Source: Mytilus californianus (taxonomy: Eukaryota). From it: DNA of 64,000 nucleotides. The DNA is taken from assembly GCF_021869535.1 (NCBI RefSeq), contig NW_026262745.1, forward strand, positions 27,404,001 through 27,468,000, written 5' to 3'. Both the position numbers and the translations under genes were made by a program. The notes under the pieces are model-generated. The model saw nothing but the letters and a program-made list of their open reading frames with translations. It was not told the origin of the DNA and did no database searches. Below are positions 25,651-39,615 of this stretch, one piece after another. Numbering within the stretch: position 1 is the stretch's first letter; every line of letters begins with the position of its first letter.

Positions 25651-28604
25651 TGTTTAGGACTTCTATTGTTTTATACAAAATGATCTTACATTTGCTTTGC
25701 TTAGTTGTAACAAGATTTTCAGATTTCTCAAAGGATCTTTCCTGATTATATTTATTATTTAACATGTATAATCTTTTATAGGCTTGAATTCAATTCTCTC
25801 CCCAATAGTACCTTCATCCTGTTTTCAAGCGGACAGCTATTCATCATCACCATTATAATTATTCAGTGCACAGATCTACGCAGAAAAGATCAGACTCATC
25901 TAATTAAAGTGTATCGGATATGTATCCTTGTCCATATTAAAGATACCAAGGATACTATTAATAACAAAAACGCGTCTGCGATAACATATTTCATACAATC
26001 GTTTCAAAACGATTCTTTTTAAAGGACAAGGAAGATAGTAAACAATTTCAGATTGTCTATATTAGTAATATATTTTAAATCAACTTTATTGAATAGTCAT
26101 TCAACGATCAGAAAGTTCATTATAGTTTTCTTTTTAAATAGTTTCAGAAGTATAACTGTCAAAAGGTCATAAATAGCCTTGTAATAAATCTTTCTGGATA
26201 AGGGCAACCATACCTATTTCAGTATTCTTAAGGCAGTTGTTACAGATATCCGTTTTCTTGGACCATATTTTCTCAGATTTGACTATGAGTCTACATAATA
26301 TCTTTTTATTGATTCCTTCATATAGAAAACTAATATTGTGAACTCTTACTTAAATTTATCAAACAAAAAAATTAGGAGTGCCGACAATGTTTGCTAACAT
26401 ATAGATTGTGAATAAGATGGAAAGGCAACAAACAAACCCAGATATATGAATAGAAACACAGATTGTTTTCTATATTGATATACATTTGTATGCATTAAGT
26501 TGATTCAATATAACATATGAAACACTAAATCCATGTTACTGACTTTAATGCAACCTGCCACCAAAAATATTTCTTGGTTTCTTGAAACATGCAATCAGGA
26601 AAGTTTAAAATAGGTATACAATCTCAATTCATTACGTTTGAAAACTTTGAAAACGAAAGCACTTAAATAGAAAATCCAAAGCAAAATTAATTAATCGTCG
26701 GTCGATGAAAAATACAATCTTAGTATTTTGTACCTCTCTGCTGGTTACAGTGGATCTATCTGGGACAGAGTCAACAAAAGAAATAACGACCACATAAAGT
26801 TGATAAACGTATGAGACTAGTTTCACTGTGTGCAATATGTTTCTACAAAAACCATCATCCAGTTTGCTAAAATGTCACAGGCTTCGAAAAACACCTTTAT
26901 AAGATATGCTGAAAAATCACAGGTTCCGGAAATAATCTTCATTTGAATACACCTGTGACGTAAATCTTTTGTTCAAACTCTCCAATATTTTTGTCAGGAA
27001 TGGAGAGTATTTTCTATTCATCATCTTCATTCATCCAGACGTTTCGCCCTTTGGCAATTTCAAAAGGCACTTTCTCAAAACGTGTTCACCCATGGAAATA
27101 ATTCTAAAGGGATTTACGCGATATTGAATAAAGATTAAAACGTGCATTGACGCAGGATCTGCTTACCCTTCCAATGTAACTGAGATTAGCTCCGGTTTTT
27201 GGTAAGCTTCGTTTTGCTCAGTCTTTACTTTTCCATGTTGTGTTTTGTGTGTACTGTTGTTTGTCTTTTCGTCTTTTTCAGTTTTGTGTAATGGCATTGT
27301 CAATTTGTTTTCACTTTATGAGTTTGAATATCCCTTTGGTATCTTTCGTATATCATTTACTGAAACTCCTGATACTGGATTTTTTTAAGGTGGGCTCGCA
27401 GTAATACAATGAAACCAAATATCTTATTACTAACAAACCCCTTTTATTTGCGAGTCGTAATTCCATCGTATAAAATATAGTATCGGTTTCACCTACATTC
27501 AGCAACAATATCCGCAGTTTGTTTTCCAATGCAAATCTGACTGAATTTATGTCACATATGGTATCCAAGCGGGTAGAAACGAATATTATCCATTGCGTGC
27601 CATTCCTCTTCTGTCCATCTTATTTTACAATACATTAACTGTGTTAAATCTGTTGAATTATTTAAACATTTAGGAAAACAGAAACCGTAGAGTACGCATT
27701 AAAGGGCCCCGACATGACAAAATGTAAACCAATTCAATCGATAACTGGTTTATGATTAGGAAATAAACAAAATGTTTAACAAATATGACGGACAATAATC
27801 AACGATAACTACTGACGTACAGGCTCATGACTTGGGACAATAGATATAGGAAGATGTGGTATGAGTGCCAATGAGACAACTCTCCATCCAAATAACAATT
27901 TATAAAAGTAAACCATTATAGGTCAAGGTACGGCCTTCAACACGGAGCATTGGCTCACACCGAACACAAGCACACAAATAATGTAGCGGGGTTAGATGTG
28001 TTTGAAAGCTCTCAACCCTCCCCAAATATGTAACACCACATAACAAACTGTAAAAACAATTTGGAAAGTACTCGACTCAACAGATTCGTCACGTAAAACA
28101 TTTACAAAAAAGGCAAATGACACAAAGTACCAATCTCAGAGTAGTCGCAGTGGAATACTAGTTCATAATTAAGGCGACATTGCTAAAAGTTTACCGATGT
28201 TCAGATCTCGTAAATCGATTTTAAAGAGACAAACCAAGGAAACAATCAAAAAATGAAGGAATTGCAAGAATCTCGAAAGGAGCGAGACCAGTGCGTCGAC
28301 AGGGTAGGCATCTCCTGCTATGCATGCATGTCAGGAGCCTGTAATTCAGTGGTTGTCGTTTGTTGCTGTATATTGAAATTGACAATTATCTTTGTACTTT
28401 GGGAGTTTAAGACATTTCTATAAAAAATATAATTTGAAAGATCCTCCATGCAATATTGTACTAAAATCATGCAATTTATGAGAACGTTCCAAGATTACAG
28501 AAAGTCAAAACCACATAATCCGTCAGTCTTTTATGATAAATTCAATGGTCAGGAAAACATATTTCAAACCTCAACAGAAATTTTAATCGAAGATAATACT
28601 ATAA

Positions 28605-29353
28605 GTTATCTACGTTCATATCCGTAGATATGGATATTTTAACACCCTGAAGTATCAAAGTACACCCTGAGGCGAAGCCGAAGAGTGTACAGGGTACTGA
28701 AGGGTGTTAAAATATCCATATCTACGGAAATGAACGTTGATAACGAATTTATCCCCGGTCTTAGTCCAAATCTGTCGATTTTTAGAGAAATTCGACCACA
28801 AAGTGTAACGTGAAAGCAACGTTTGTTTCATTTTCTAAAAATCTTTTATTGACATTTGGGAATTTGACGTATCTTTTACGGGGTGTAGGGTACTACCTTT
28901 GGTAGAACCCTACAGGTATTCAAATATAAGAAGTTTTTAATACGGAGACAGAGAAACTGGAGTGGGTCGAATTTGGCGCTCAATGTTGTGAGAGTTACAT
29001 CATAGACGGTATGACGTTAACGTGGGTCATTTGCATGGCTAGGTCAGTAGTCCCATTCATAGACAGTGTGGCAGCCAAGTGATGCATTTACTAAAATGAG
29101 TGCAAATGATCGACAAAATAAGATAACATCGTTAGTGGATTACATATTTAATTACAAACATCATGAATAATCTACAGAATTCTATATTTCACAAAGAACA
29201 ACAATGAAACTAAGGAAAACGCGCGTGACGTCCCCCGGGGTAATGGATAGCAACGTCCGGGTATATGGGTTAGAAACGCCCAGGGGCTATGGGTTTTGTA
29301 ACGACGTGCGTTATCCAATCAAAATCCTAGAAATATACTAAGCCGGGGATAAA
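28605..29353. repeat. Long hairpin (28605-28744) plus a second inverted pair (28748-58 / 29343-53)
   Basis: tccgtagatatggatattttaacaccc / gggtgttaaaatatccatatctacgga; tttatccccgg / ccggggataaa. Confidence 0.75.
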
Positions 29354-29589
29354 CCTTCTTAACGTATCGATCATAATAAATTATAGCCACTGAGTGTATC
29401 ACTCCTATAAATTCGAAAACTTCAAAAGGCATTATTACTTTGAAAGTCCAGTGTATTTTATTGTACACAAATAAATTATTTCTAAATATTAGATTATGAA
29501 AGAACTGTTATGATATTGACGTAGTTGGGTCAAGTTTAACAACGTGTGGTACCTCCCGTTAATGGAAAACATAAATTAAATTTTTGTAA

Positions 29590-30260
29590 CATGTGTTTAA
29601 TAATAACCAACAGTTAAACGTACTGAAAAACTGTGTCTAGAGTTGATTTGTGGTTATATCTGCTGACAAGACATCAAATACTAAAAATCAGCTCAATATG
29701 TGCAGGCGTTTAGAAAAAAAGTCCGTATAACTGTTATTTTTACGAAGTTTTCAAAATCAAAATCCCGTAATTTTTGCCAAAATTAGCGGAGCAGAACCAA
29801 ATCTAAACTTTTTCCACGAAATTTTCAAAGTTCGATGACCTATAGTTATTAATTTCTTTGTCATTTGGTCTATTGTGGAGAGTTATCTCATTTGCAATCA
29901 TACCACATCTTCTTCTTACATCATATACTTAGTGGAGCTGAACCAAACCTGAACCCAATATGTAATCCATTATAGTAGACTCACATACTCAAAATCAGCT
30001 CAATATGTGAAGGCGTTCTGAAAAAGTTCCGTATAACTGTAACGAAATTTTTAAAGACAAAAGCCCTTAATTTTGGTATAAATAAGCGGAGTGGAACCAA
30101 ACGTAAACTCGATCTATAACTGGATATAGTAGATTCACATACTAAAAATTAGCTCAACATGTAAAGGCGTTTACAAAAAAAAATCGGTATAACTATTCGT
30201 TGTAGAATGACAAAATGACGGACAAGGGTAAAACAATATGACCCTGACCACTGGCCACTA
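29590..30260 (-). mobile_element. Old HINE-like element with about 155 bp tandem units
   Basis: aatcagctcaatatgtg..ggcgtt recurs near 29686, 29993, 30148; gacggacaagggtaaaacaatatg end. Confidence 0.5.
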
Positions 30261-33124
30261 TTCCTCAATTTACTTTTCAAACTTCTCGGTTTTATCAGCT
30301 CTTCTACGTTTGTATGAGATTTTGGACATTCAAATAATTTGGCCCCTAGCATCACGGAAGAGATCGAATGCGCATCTTACTTTGCACCATTAATAGTATT
30401 ACCACTGGGTCGGTACCTCTGCTGGTGAACAGTTATTAGCCGAGGTTGTCAGCAGCTCAGTAGTCCAGTTATTCGGTAGTGGAATGATAGTACGAACATT
30501 ATTTAATTAAAATGTGTTGTCATAAAATTTTGAAATCAATTTTATTAAAGGAATATGTCTCCTCATGCATGGCTCTGATTCTTTGTCTGGGTTGGATTTA
30601 TTATTTTTTTTGTGATCTTGTCAGCTCTTCAATGTTAGTAATAGGTTTTGGACATTCGAATATTTTGCCTCGAACATCAGTGAAGGTACGTTAATTGTCG
30701 AACTGCGCATCATGTTGCAGTAAAATCGGTTCTGTTGGTGTTATTCCAGAAAGTTCACCCCTACTACCTTTATTGAAGAATATACAAATATAAAAGATCA
30801 AATCGCTAAAACAGAGACTCAACTGAAAGCTCCTACTAATCACTTCAAGACTCTTGATATGAACTGGTTCCCTTAATCAATAATAAAAAAAGAAACCTTA
30901 CATATAACGTTTGCAATCACCTACAACAAGTAAATTTTCAACTACAATTTGTTTTCTGTTTCGCGGACCAGTCCACTTACAACCATTTAAAAGCTCATTA
31001 TCAAATATTGCGACAAAGATTATGTTGACAGGTATCTTGAATGTTGAATATTCCTTGAAAGTTTTAAAAAACTAAGACTTTATTGTACAGTTTTTTTTAT
31101 GTTGGCACTTACAACTTCATTACTCGTGGTTCACAAATTGTACTTCGATAAATTTACGTGTTCTGCATTTCAGCAACAAATTCCCCAAATTACACTCATT
31201 TGAAATTGGGCATTTAGAGAATGATTACAGCTATTACTTTTTACTTGATATTATTATACAGTACTCGTAAAGAAAATGATGTATGCAATTGAGTGACTGG
31301 GATTTCAATCTTGAATCCCCCTTTTTGCACAATTTGTCTCATGAATGTAAACCCTATCATCACATTTTTTTCTTCATTTTATTACTAAAACAAGCGTTGA
31401 AAATAAAAATAAGACTTGACAAGCTACATGATCAAAAGTAATCGTTATCTTTTGAACCTTGATATTAGAATTTCCGGCTGTAATTTTCATGCCAAAACAC
31501 ATGTCCAACGGCAAGATTTTTTATTCCCCGTTATTAATTTTCCTTTCTTTGTGTGAATGTTCCGTTGGGTCTTAACCGTAGAGTTGATTGTATATCTTAA
31601 ATTAGTTTCGATATGAGCATCTCAGATTAGACGTAGCATTTATATTGATCAAATATTTTTACAGCAAGAATACATACATAATAAAATGATCAAAATATAA
31701 CTAAATTTTATCCAAAATATATGATGTTATTGTAGAACTTGTTTCAACAGAAAATGTGTTATTTCAATCAGAATAATAACGGAAAGTAGTATTATCTATA
31801 AAAGCAAACTTATTTAAGATTTGTCCTTTGTGTCTTACTTTTTTTTGGCTTCAGTGACTTACTAATATAGTTTTTCATTGTTATTATTTTGATATTCATT
31901 AATAGGGTGTGGCATTTACTTATTTATTGTTTAAAGAAAACTCATAAAAGATACCAGGCTTGAATCCAGAGTTAAATAACCGTTTTTTATCGTTTCCTTT
32001 TGCACCAGTAGTTCTTCGTTAACCTCTACTGTGAACATCAATAGAAATACCAATTGAAAAGAGAGGCTGAAGATATCAAAGGGTTATTCAAACTAATAAG
32101 TGGAAGATACAATGACAATAGTTCGGCAAAAAAACGATAAACAAGTAAAAGACAAACAAAATTATAAAAAGCACAACACAGAGTACTTTAGACTGAGCAA
32201 CACGAGCCCCATAAAAAAACAGGGATGATCTCAGGTTTTCCGGAAGAGTAAGCAGAGTTCTCACCACAGGTGGTACCCGTCGGAATCTGTTTAATGACTT
32301 GTTATCTCTTCGTCTTTTTTGTATTCTTTTGCAAATGGTGTTGTCTTCGACTTAATGATTTTATTTGCCCCCTAAAGTCCTTTTCTCCTTTTATACAATA
32401 ATTAAAGTATCTACCAATTCTGAAATAAATCAATAATTCATGTATTAATACATTTGTTTTTGTATTGTAGGTATACATCTCATTATAACCGAACATACTA
32501 TTACAATTCTATTGCTTGCTGCTCCTTGATCTGTGAATAACTTATTATATATCTGATAAAATATATATACACACGGTCCTGATATTTATGGAGAAATTCA
32601 GCTTTATTCGCCTTTCATGAACATCTGATATTGCTAGTGATTTCTGGTGTGTAAAGTTCTCACTGTTTGCAGTTCTTCAGATAAAAGTGAAAAGTGTAAA
32701 ACTAAAAACGTATTAATAGTCCTTAAAGTTTTTATAATATTAGAATTTACCTAGATTTGCATACATCTATGTCGTTATTACGACAGATGGAGAGTTATTA
32801 CGACAACGTTATGTCATTATTACAACATGAAATGCCATTATTACGACACAACTTTTTTTCAATATGGCCCTTATCGTCCTCCATACTATAGATCTTTTTG
32901 AAAGTAAGGCAGTGTTATATAATAATCTTTTTGGGGTTTCATTTCGTTATTTATCTATAACAGATCATTTTTAGTATAATTATCAAAATTAATATAATAG
33001 ATATTTTACTTACTCCGTTGAAACACATTTGCGTCTCTTGATGTGTGTATTATGTTTTATTTTTATTTTCAAATGTCATATTTTCATTTCCTATATTATC
33101 ATTTTTATTGTATGATTTTTTACA

Positions 33125-33132
33125 TGACGTCA
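33125..33132. promoter_or_regulatory. Palindromic CRE upstream of paralog B exon 1
   Basis: TGACGTCA 109 nt before the donor at 33242, as in paralog A. Confidence 0.6.
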
Positions 33133-33184
33133 ATACTTGACCCATTTAACAATCGATAAAACACTTGTGCTACACAGATAACTA

Positions 33185-33241
33185 GTACGACAACGATTTC
33201 TAAGTTTGGAATTTTATTTTGTAACCAAAAACAACAGCATT
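33185..33241 (+). other. Putative non-coding exon 1 of BTB paralog B (5' start approximate)
   Basis: Homologous to 4115-4172; consensus donor GTAAGT at 33242. Confidence 0.6.
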
Positions 33242-34562
33242 GTAAGTAAATTTATTAGAGTTAATAGTCAGGATAAATATTTCAATTTTTTCACTAGCTA
33301 GTATAGTTTTTACTGTTTTATACTTTGACGCCTTTTCGAGTATGTTTTAAAAAAAATTATGGCGTATTTGAACCATTAAACATTTTTTGGAAAGTTATCT
33401 GCAAAAACCTGTTATCAGTGGTAGGTTATTATTCGACATTCCTGTTTAGTGTAGATAATTGGTGTGCTATGTGTACACTGTTATCAATATTCATTCATTT
33501 ATTGCATAAGGAAATGCCTGTACCAAGTCAGGAATAGGACAATTGTTTTCCATTCGTTCGATGTATTTGAGCTTTTGATTTTGCTATTTGATAAGGGAAT
33601 TTCCGTTCTGAATTTTCCTTGGAGTTTGGTATTTTTGTTATTTTGCTTTTTATCAGTTGAATAAAATAGATGTAGAACTTCAATGATCATTAGTGTAATA
33701 ATTATACCATAGAATGACGAACTTGTCCTAATGCCAAAAGACAAGGTATGATTAGTGTCATTTTTTACCCCTCTTCTAAGAACTTCATATTTATTTCATC
33801 ATTAGTCTAGTTATGACTAAACAACACGAAGCCGTTCAAATACTTAGGCCCGAACAGGTCATAAAATCATGTGCTCCAGAAGGGTAAGAAGTTATTCATT
33901 TACCAGTGCCACCTGCCTTGTTTCTTATGAAAACAGTATTTATTGCGAGCTATTGCTTACCTAATTATACTTCATCTCAATGTTGTTGACTACAAGTGAG
34001 TACAATATCATATATTATCATGTGCATGACATTTTGAAGAAACAAGTTTTTCGTATTCATGAAGACAATATTTAGGGAACTGGAAACGTGACACGCAGTA
34101 TAATGGGTCAGGCTTAACTAGATCTAGCTTGTCAAAAAATCATGAATCTATGACCTGGATTTATTTAATTGCTGAAAATAGCGCGGTAGAAATATAAGAC
34201 GGACATACGGCGAAAACAGGGTTTCTTGTACTTTAGAACACTTTTAATGATAAGATGTATCTATTCTAGTCTACAGGCTAGGATTTGTGGTGAATAAGTT
34301 TTTGTTTCTTTTAGACATATAAGCAAATGTCATACTGTTTTTTAAATCTATTTTGTAGTGCATTAAGTATCGAAATGTTCATGATTGACATCATTATTGA
34401 TGTAATATCTGAAGTTCTTATATAAAAAAAAAAAAATCAAATCATCCATGTTATAGCATATCATAAGCGTTAACAATACTAATAACCAGAACGAAATTAA
34501 AGAAATAATATTTAATTTTTAGAATTTAATGTCTTGTTTGTTACATTTCAGAATTCACTGCC

Positions 34563-34625
34563 ATGGCATCCAGCAAATACAACTTGGGTCAGAACGCAAT
34601 GTCAAGACATTCCAGAATTTTTTAT
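34563..34625 (+). CDS. BTB-BACK paralog B, coding exon 1 (MASSKYNLGQNAMSRHSRIFY); exon starts at 34552
   Basis: Acceptor catttcAG|aattcactg, Kozak gccATGG, phase-0 donor TAT|gtaatt. Confidence 0.62.
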
Positions 34626-37600
34626 GTAATTGAATTAACTAAGTATATGTTTTTTGTCTGGGATCTAGAACCAAAAAACAGTAAACATGATAATTACTTT
34701 ATATCCTGATTATAAAGACCGTCGTTTTTTTTTCTCGTGCAATATCAAATCGGGTTTAATTAGATTATCATAGTTTATATAACAGCATATCCATTTAATA
34801 AAAACTAGTCAAGAAAAAAACTAGTATACATAATCGTAAATTGTGAATACAATGACATTCTTTCAACATTGGGCGAAAGTTTAAATAGTAATGCAATGAG
34901 ACTTTAGCATATTGGTTTAATTTTATTTCGATGACTCCTTAGTTAACTATTAAAGTTTTGTGTGAATCAGCAAAATCGTCGATCGTCATTCCTTAGTTTG
35001 ACATTGTTCGGGAATGCTGCGGATTGTATGATAGTAAAATGATTACTGGGTGTCTTCTCTGATATCTTATTTGGACTTGAGTCAATATTTTTCTTTTCCA
35101 TATTAATGGCATGAGTAACAGAAAAGTTCTGATTATAAACAATATTTTATAAAGAAGTGCAAACAATACACATTCACATAGTGATAATTCGGATCCACAG
35201 ATAAATGAAAAGATTAAGTGATTCACTTTTTTCGACTACTGGATGAATTGAACATGTTGAATATATTGATATACAAAAATAAACGCTCGTTTACATTACA
35301 TATAGATATTGTTAGTATTAAACATTTCATGGTGAACTGGAAATATGAAAAAATATATATAATTTTTTTTATGTGAAAAATAAAAATACCGAACTCCAAG
35401 GCAAATTCATAAAGGAGAAGTTCATGAAAACTGACAAAATCAAACGCTATCTATCAACGGAACACATTTCTGATTTGGTACAGACATTTTCCGAGATAAA
35501 AGGTGGATAACATCTCGTTAAATTGCTAGCTAAATTCCCACTTGTATGAAATAAAATGCAAGTGAATATATATTGTATGAGTGAAAAGTTCGTAACCCGT
35601 TTGTACAAAAAGAAAACATATAGTCTTTGATACGCGTTTATCATTTCTTGTCTTATATTGGAAGATATCTATAGAGTACATTCAAGACAATTAAAAATAT
35701 TCAAATATTCAAAATTACCACAGCCGCCAACAAATTTCTAAGATACAGCTGGAAATTCAGAGAACTATGACATGACGAGTATTCATTCATCATGGTGCAT
35801 TGAGAGTTTGACCATTTATTTTGCCTTTGAAAGTTTTACGGACGCCATCTTTTTGGTTGATATATGAATGTAATTTATGATGAATATGTTATATAATGCT
35901 ATCGAAACTATTTTGGAACATAATTATCAAAAGTCAATTTTCAATGAAGATCTATTATTTATACTTTTTATATGTATTATTGGCGATAATAAAATATGGT
36001 TTTGGCGCATATGAAAGATTTTTTCGGCGAAAATGAAATGCAAAGTAAAGTACCGGTTTACCGGACGGTCTTTTGACAATTCAATTCAATTCAAACCAAT
36101 ATTTTTTTAAAGTCTCATCACTCACAAATGTATGATACAACATAACACTAAGTGTAAAATAAAGATATCAAATAGAGAGACATTCTGCAAAGAATAATAA
36201 GAGGCTATAACAATAAAACTTTATAGAAAACTTGTCTATTATAAAACATATTTATACGTACAGTATTAACAGTATAAAACATGTCTACGTCTATTTGTAA
36301 AAGGATAACAAGCTTTGGCACAGGTACGAATATTTATTAATATCTGTGAATAGAAAGCTAATTTCTGTTTGTCATCATAAGACATAGAATCACTACCAAA
36401 ATGTTGTGTATCATCAAATAAATGATTCTTAAAAGTGTCATATAATGGACACGATAAAAATAACATGGGCTTCATCTCATAAAATAATACACCAACATTT
36501 ACTGAAATAAACTGTAACAGTATTACCTGACGCTCTTAATGTCATATGCAACAAGTTTCTGGTTATTATAATGTAAAGGATATTTTTGAACCAATGCGTG
36601 CATATATACTCAACTATAATTATAAGTCTCCTATGCAATTTTGTACATTTATTAAAAGTCCATACCGTATAGGACAAAATATATTTCATTTGGTAATTGT
36701 TAAATGACAAAGATTATCGATCGTGATCTTTTTTTTTTTAGGTGTGTATCACACTTTGTTGGTAATTTTGACATTTATTTGTAGGATAAATAATTTTGAA
36801 AATTCATTTGTGCCTATGATTATGTGTATTATACTATGGAGCCAATGACGTTTTGACCAAATTTTAATTATATTTTCAATTTCTGTTATTTTTGGATAAT
36901 TATTTAAAATTTCATTTCTTGCAAGTTAACGGATCGTGATCTTGATAAACAATCAACTCAGAATCATGGAGCGCGTGAAAAATAAATGGGAAGATACCAT
37001 TGAAAGAAAGCTGGTTTTTTTTCTATATGTCCATGCGTTCCCATGTATTGATTAAAGTTTGTCATAAAAGTTGTTACATTATTTGGTATATAAATGTTTT
37101 CTTTCAGTATCAATCAATTATATCTTCCTTCAACGTTTGCTTACCTTTTCTTTCATCACGGTTTTTCCGTCGCACTTGTGCTGTGTGGTTGTCGAATTTC
37201 TAACGAGGATGTCATGGCTGAAGTCACTGCGTACAGAAAATCTTTTTGTGAATTAGAATACAGGAATTTAACAGCTGCACATTTCTGAATAATTGGATAG
37301 AACAAAGGAATCTGTTTTTATAAGAAATTCTATGTACACGTGTTTTAAAGTAAAAGTTAGTCATTCAAGTAAATTGAAGGATCATATTACATATCAGAAG
37401 CATGATAACAGATGACGATTATAATAAGTTTTCTATTCTAAGTTAATCTTACTTTACTACTTCCTCATCATTTTACCAAGTAACAGGTTGTGTCCAGTCA
37501 TTAAAATATGTTGTAATAATCAATTAGGGATGTTATTCCCAAACTGGAACATAATTTTACATTGGAAAAATCTTAATTTTTACATTAAGCAAAATTATGT

Positions 37601-38191
37601 AAAAATGCATTTGTTCAGGCCAAGAATAGCCATTTATGGTTAGCAACTTTTCCAATAAATGAATCAGTTGCTCGATTAGTCCCTCTAAAAAACGCATCTT
37701 CCTATGCTTGAAAATCATAAACAAAACAGGTATTCAGACAAATACTTACAAATTGTTGCCTTGTATGTAATCATTTGCACTTGAATCCAAAACAAAACCT
37801 TTATTTTTTGCATAGTTAATTCATTTCTTCACATTAGAAATACATCTGATAATTTCATAGCAATTTGATAAAAACAATAACTAATCCAAGATTTAAAATA
37901 TCGATAACAAATTCAACTCATGACCAAACAACATTGATAAGTAACTAATGTGCTACGCGCATTCGTGAATTAAAGTGTTGTTCTATCACTCATTGAATAT
38001 TTTTCCACTTTTGAATTTTTGGGTTAGTTATTCTATAAATTACATTTGGGTTTATTATATCTCAAACGGAATATTATAACCCATTTGGGTGATTGGTTCC
38101 AGTCTTACATTTGTAGTAATACTTGTCAATAAGAAAGCAACCAAACATCATCTTGTAGTATCATACCTTAGTCAGTTTATTTTCTCCATAG

Positions 38192-38457
38192 CAAAGCGAT
38201 GCACAAAATATGCTTAAAGAAGAAGGAAGTATGGAGACTATAAATGGTAAACTGGCCCAAATATGTCTGACGAACGAAATGGCAGATGTGTTCTTCTTAT
38301 TTCAAGATGAAAGTGTAGCACGCATACCAGCTCATAAAATGATCCTAGCTTTGGGAAGTCCCGTTTTTAAGGCCATGTTTTATGGTAGCTTTCCGCTAGG
38401 TGAAGACGATATAAGGATCGAAGATATCTCATTGGATACATTTCAAATATTGATGAA
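38192..38457 (+). CDS. BTB-BACK paralog B, coding exon 2 (BTB)
   Basis: IPAHKMILALGSPVFKAMFYG; acceptor tctccatAG, donor AA|gtgagt, same phases as paralog A. Confidence 0.92.
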
Positions 38458-39615
38458 GTGAGTAGTAGTCATCTGTCATTGTTGCAAAGTATTATACATG
38501 ACATCATGGTCGCAATTGAAATTTCTGGTCCTAGCATTAGTTGATGCAATAAGTTCAATGTAAAAATAATAATTTTATGTTGTAATGCACTAGTTATAAA
38601 TTTTATGATTTATGATAAGGTGTGTCCTTTGGAAATATTTCGTTTCGGAATCTAAGGGTACATTAAAAACACTCTTTTCAAATTATTATGTTTAACAATT
38701 TTAGTCTTGTATTCATAATAAATATTTAAAGGGAGAAAATGAGACTGGAAAAATTGACATTGTAGTTAAGATTGAAAGCAACTTAATGACATTAAGTTAA
38801 TAACTTTTCTTAAATGTAAATGAAGATACTTCCAAAAAAAAAACATGCAATAGAGATTGTAAGGTACCATATTTTCAGACCTGAAACTTTAAAAACCATA
38901 TACATGTATGTATTAAAATTTTGTTATCTTATTTAATGTTGTTTTTTTTTTGCTTTTCTTTTATCAATATTGTTTCTTTGAACGATTTTGTGGTTGATTC
39001 TAGGGACAGCGTATTGTGGTTCTGTCATTTTTTATTATGTCTATTGCTTTCTAGGACTTTTAACAAGATAAATACAGTTGGATACGTCTATAATAAAAGC
39101 TATGGTACTAACGTCTGATTAGTTAACTGTATTTTATCATGATATAACTGCAATACTGCAATATATCTTTATTCCAAATTATTAAATTGCCATTTTACTG
39201 TTTAAGTTTTTTTATATTTGAAAACAGGAAGTGTATGTATTAAATGGAAAATGCATACCCTCGTTCTAATAATACAAAGAAGATTGAAAAAGGGTAAAGA
39301 GGGAAGATTACCTCATTAAAAAATAAAAAGACAGACAATAGTTCGCAAAAGTACCTTTATTAATAAAAAATTAGAAACATGAACCCCACAAAAACAAATG
39401 TTGCTAAAACATGCTTCTGATGGAAAAGCAAGCGTACGTAATGAGTAGTTTGATATCATCTGGAAAAAAATATTACGCAGACAACGGATAAGCTGTTATG
39501 TGTTTGATAAACGCAAAGCATGGTCATAGCGTAGATTTAAATACAATTTTTGGCAATAAATTATCAAATCCATTTTCAGTATCGTTAAATTTTCTTTCTT
39601 TTTTTACTGTTTCAG

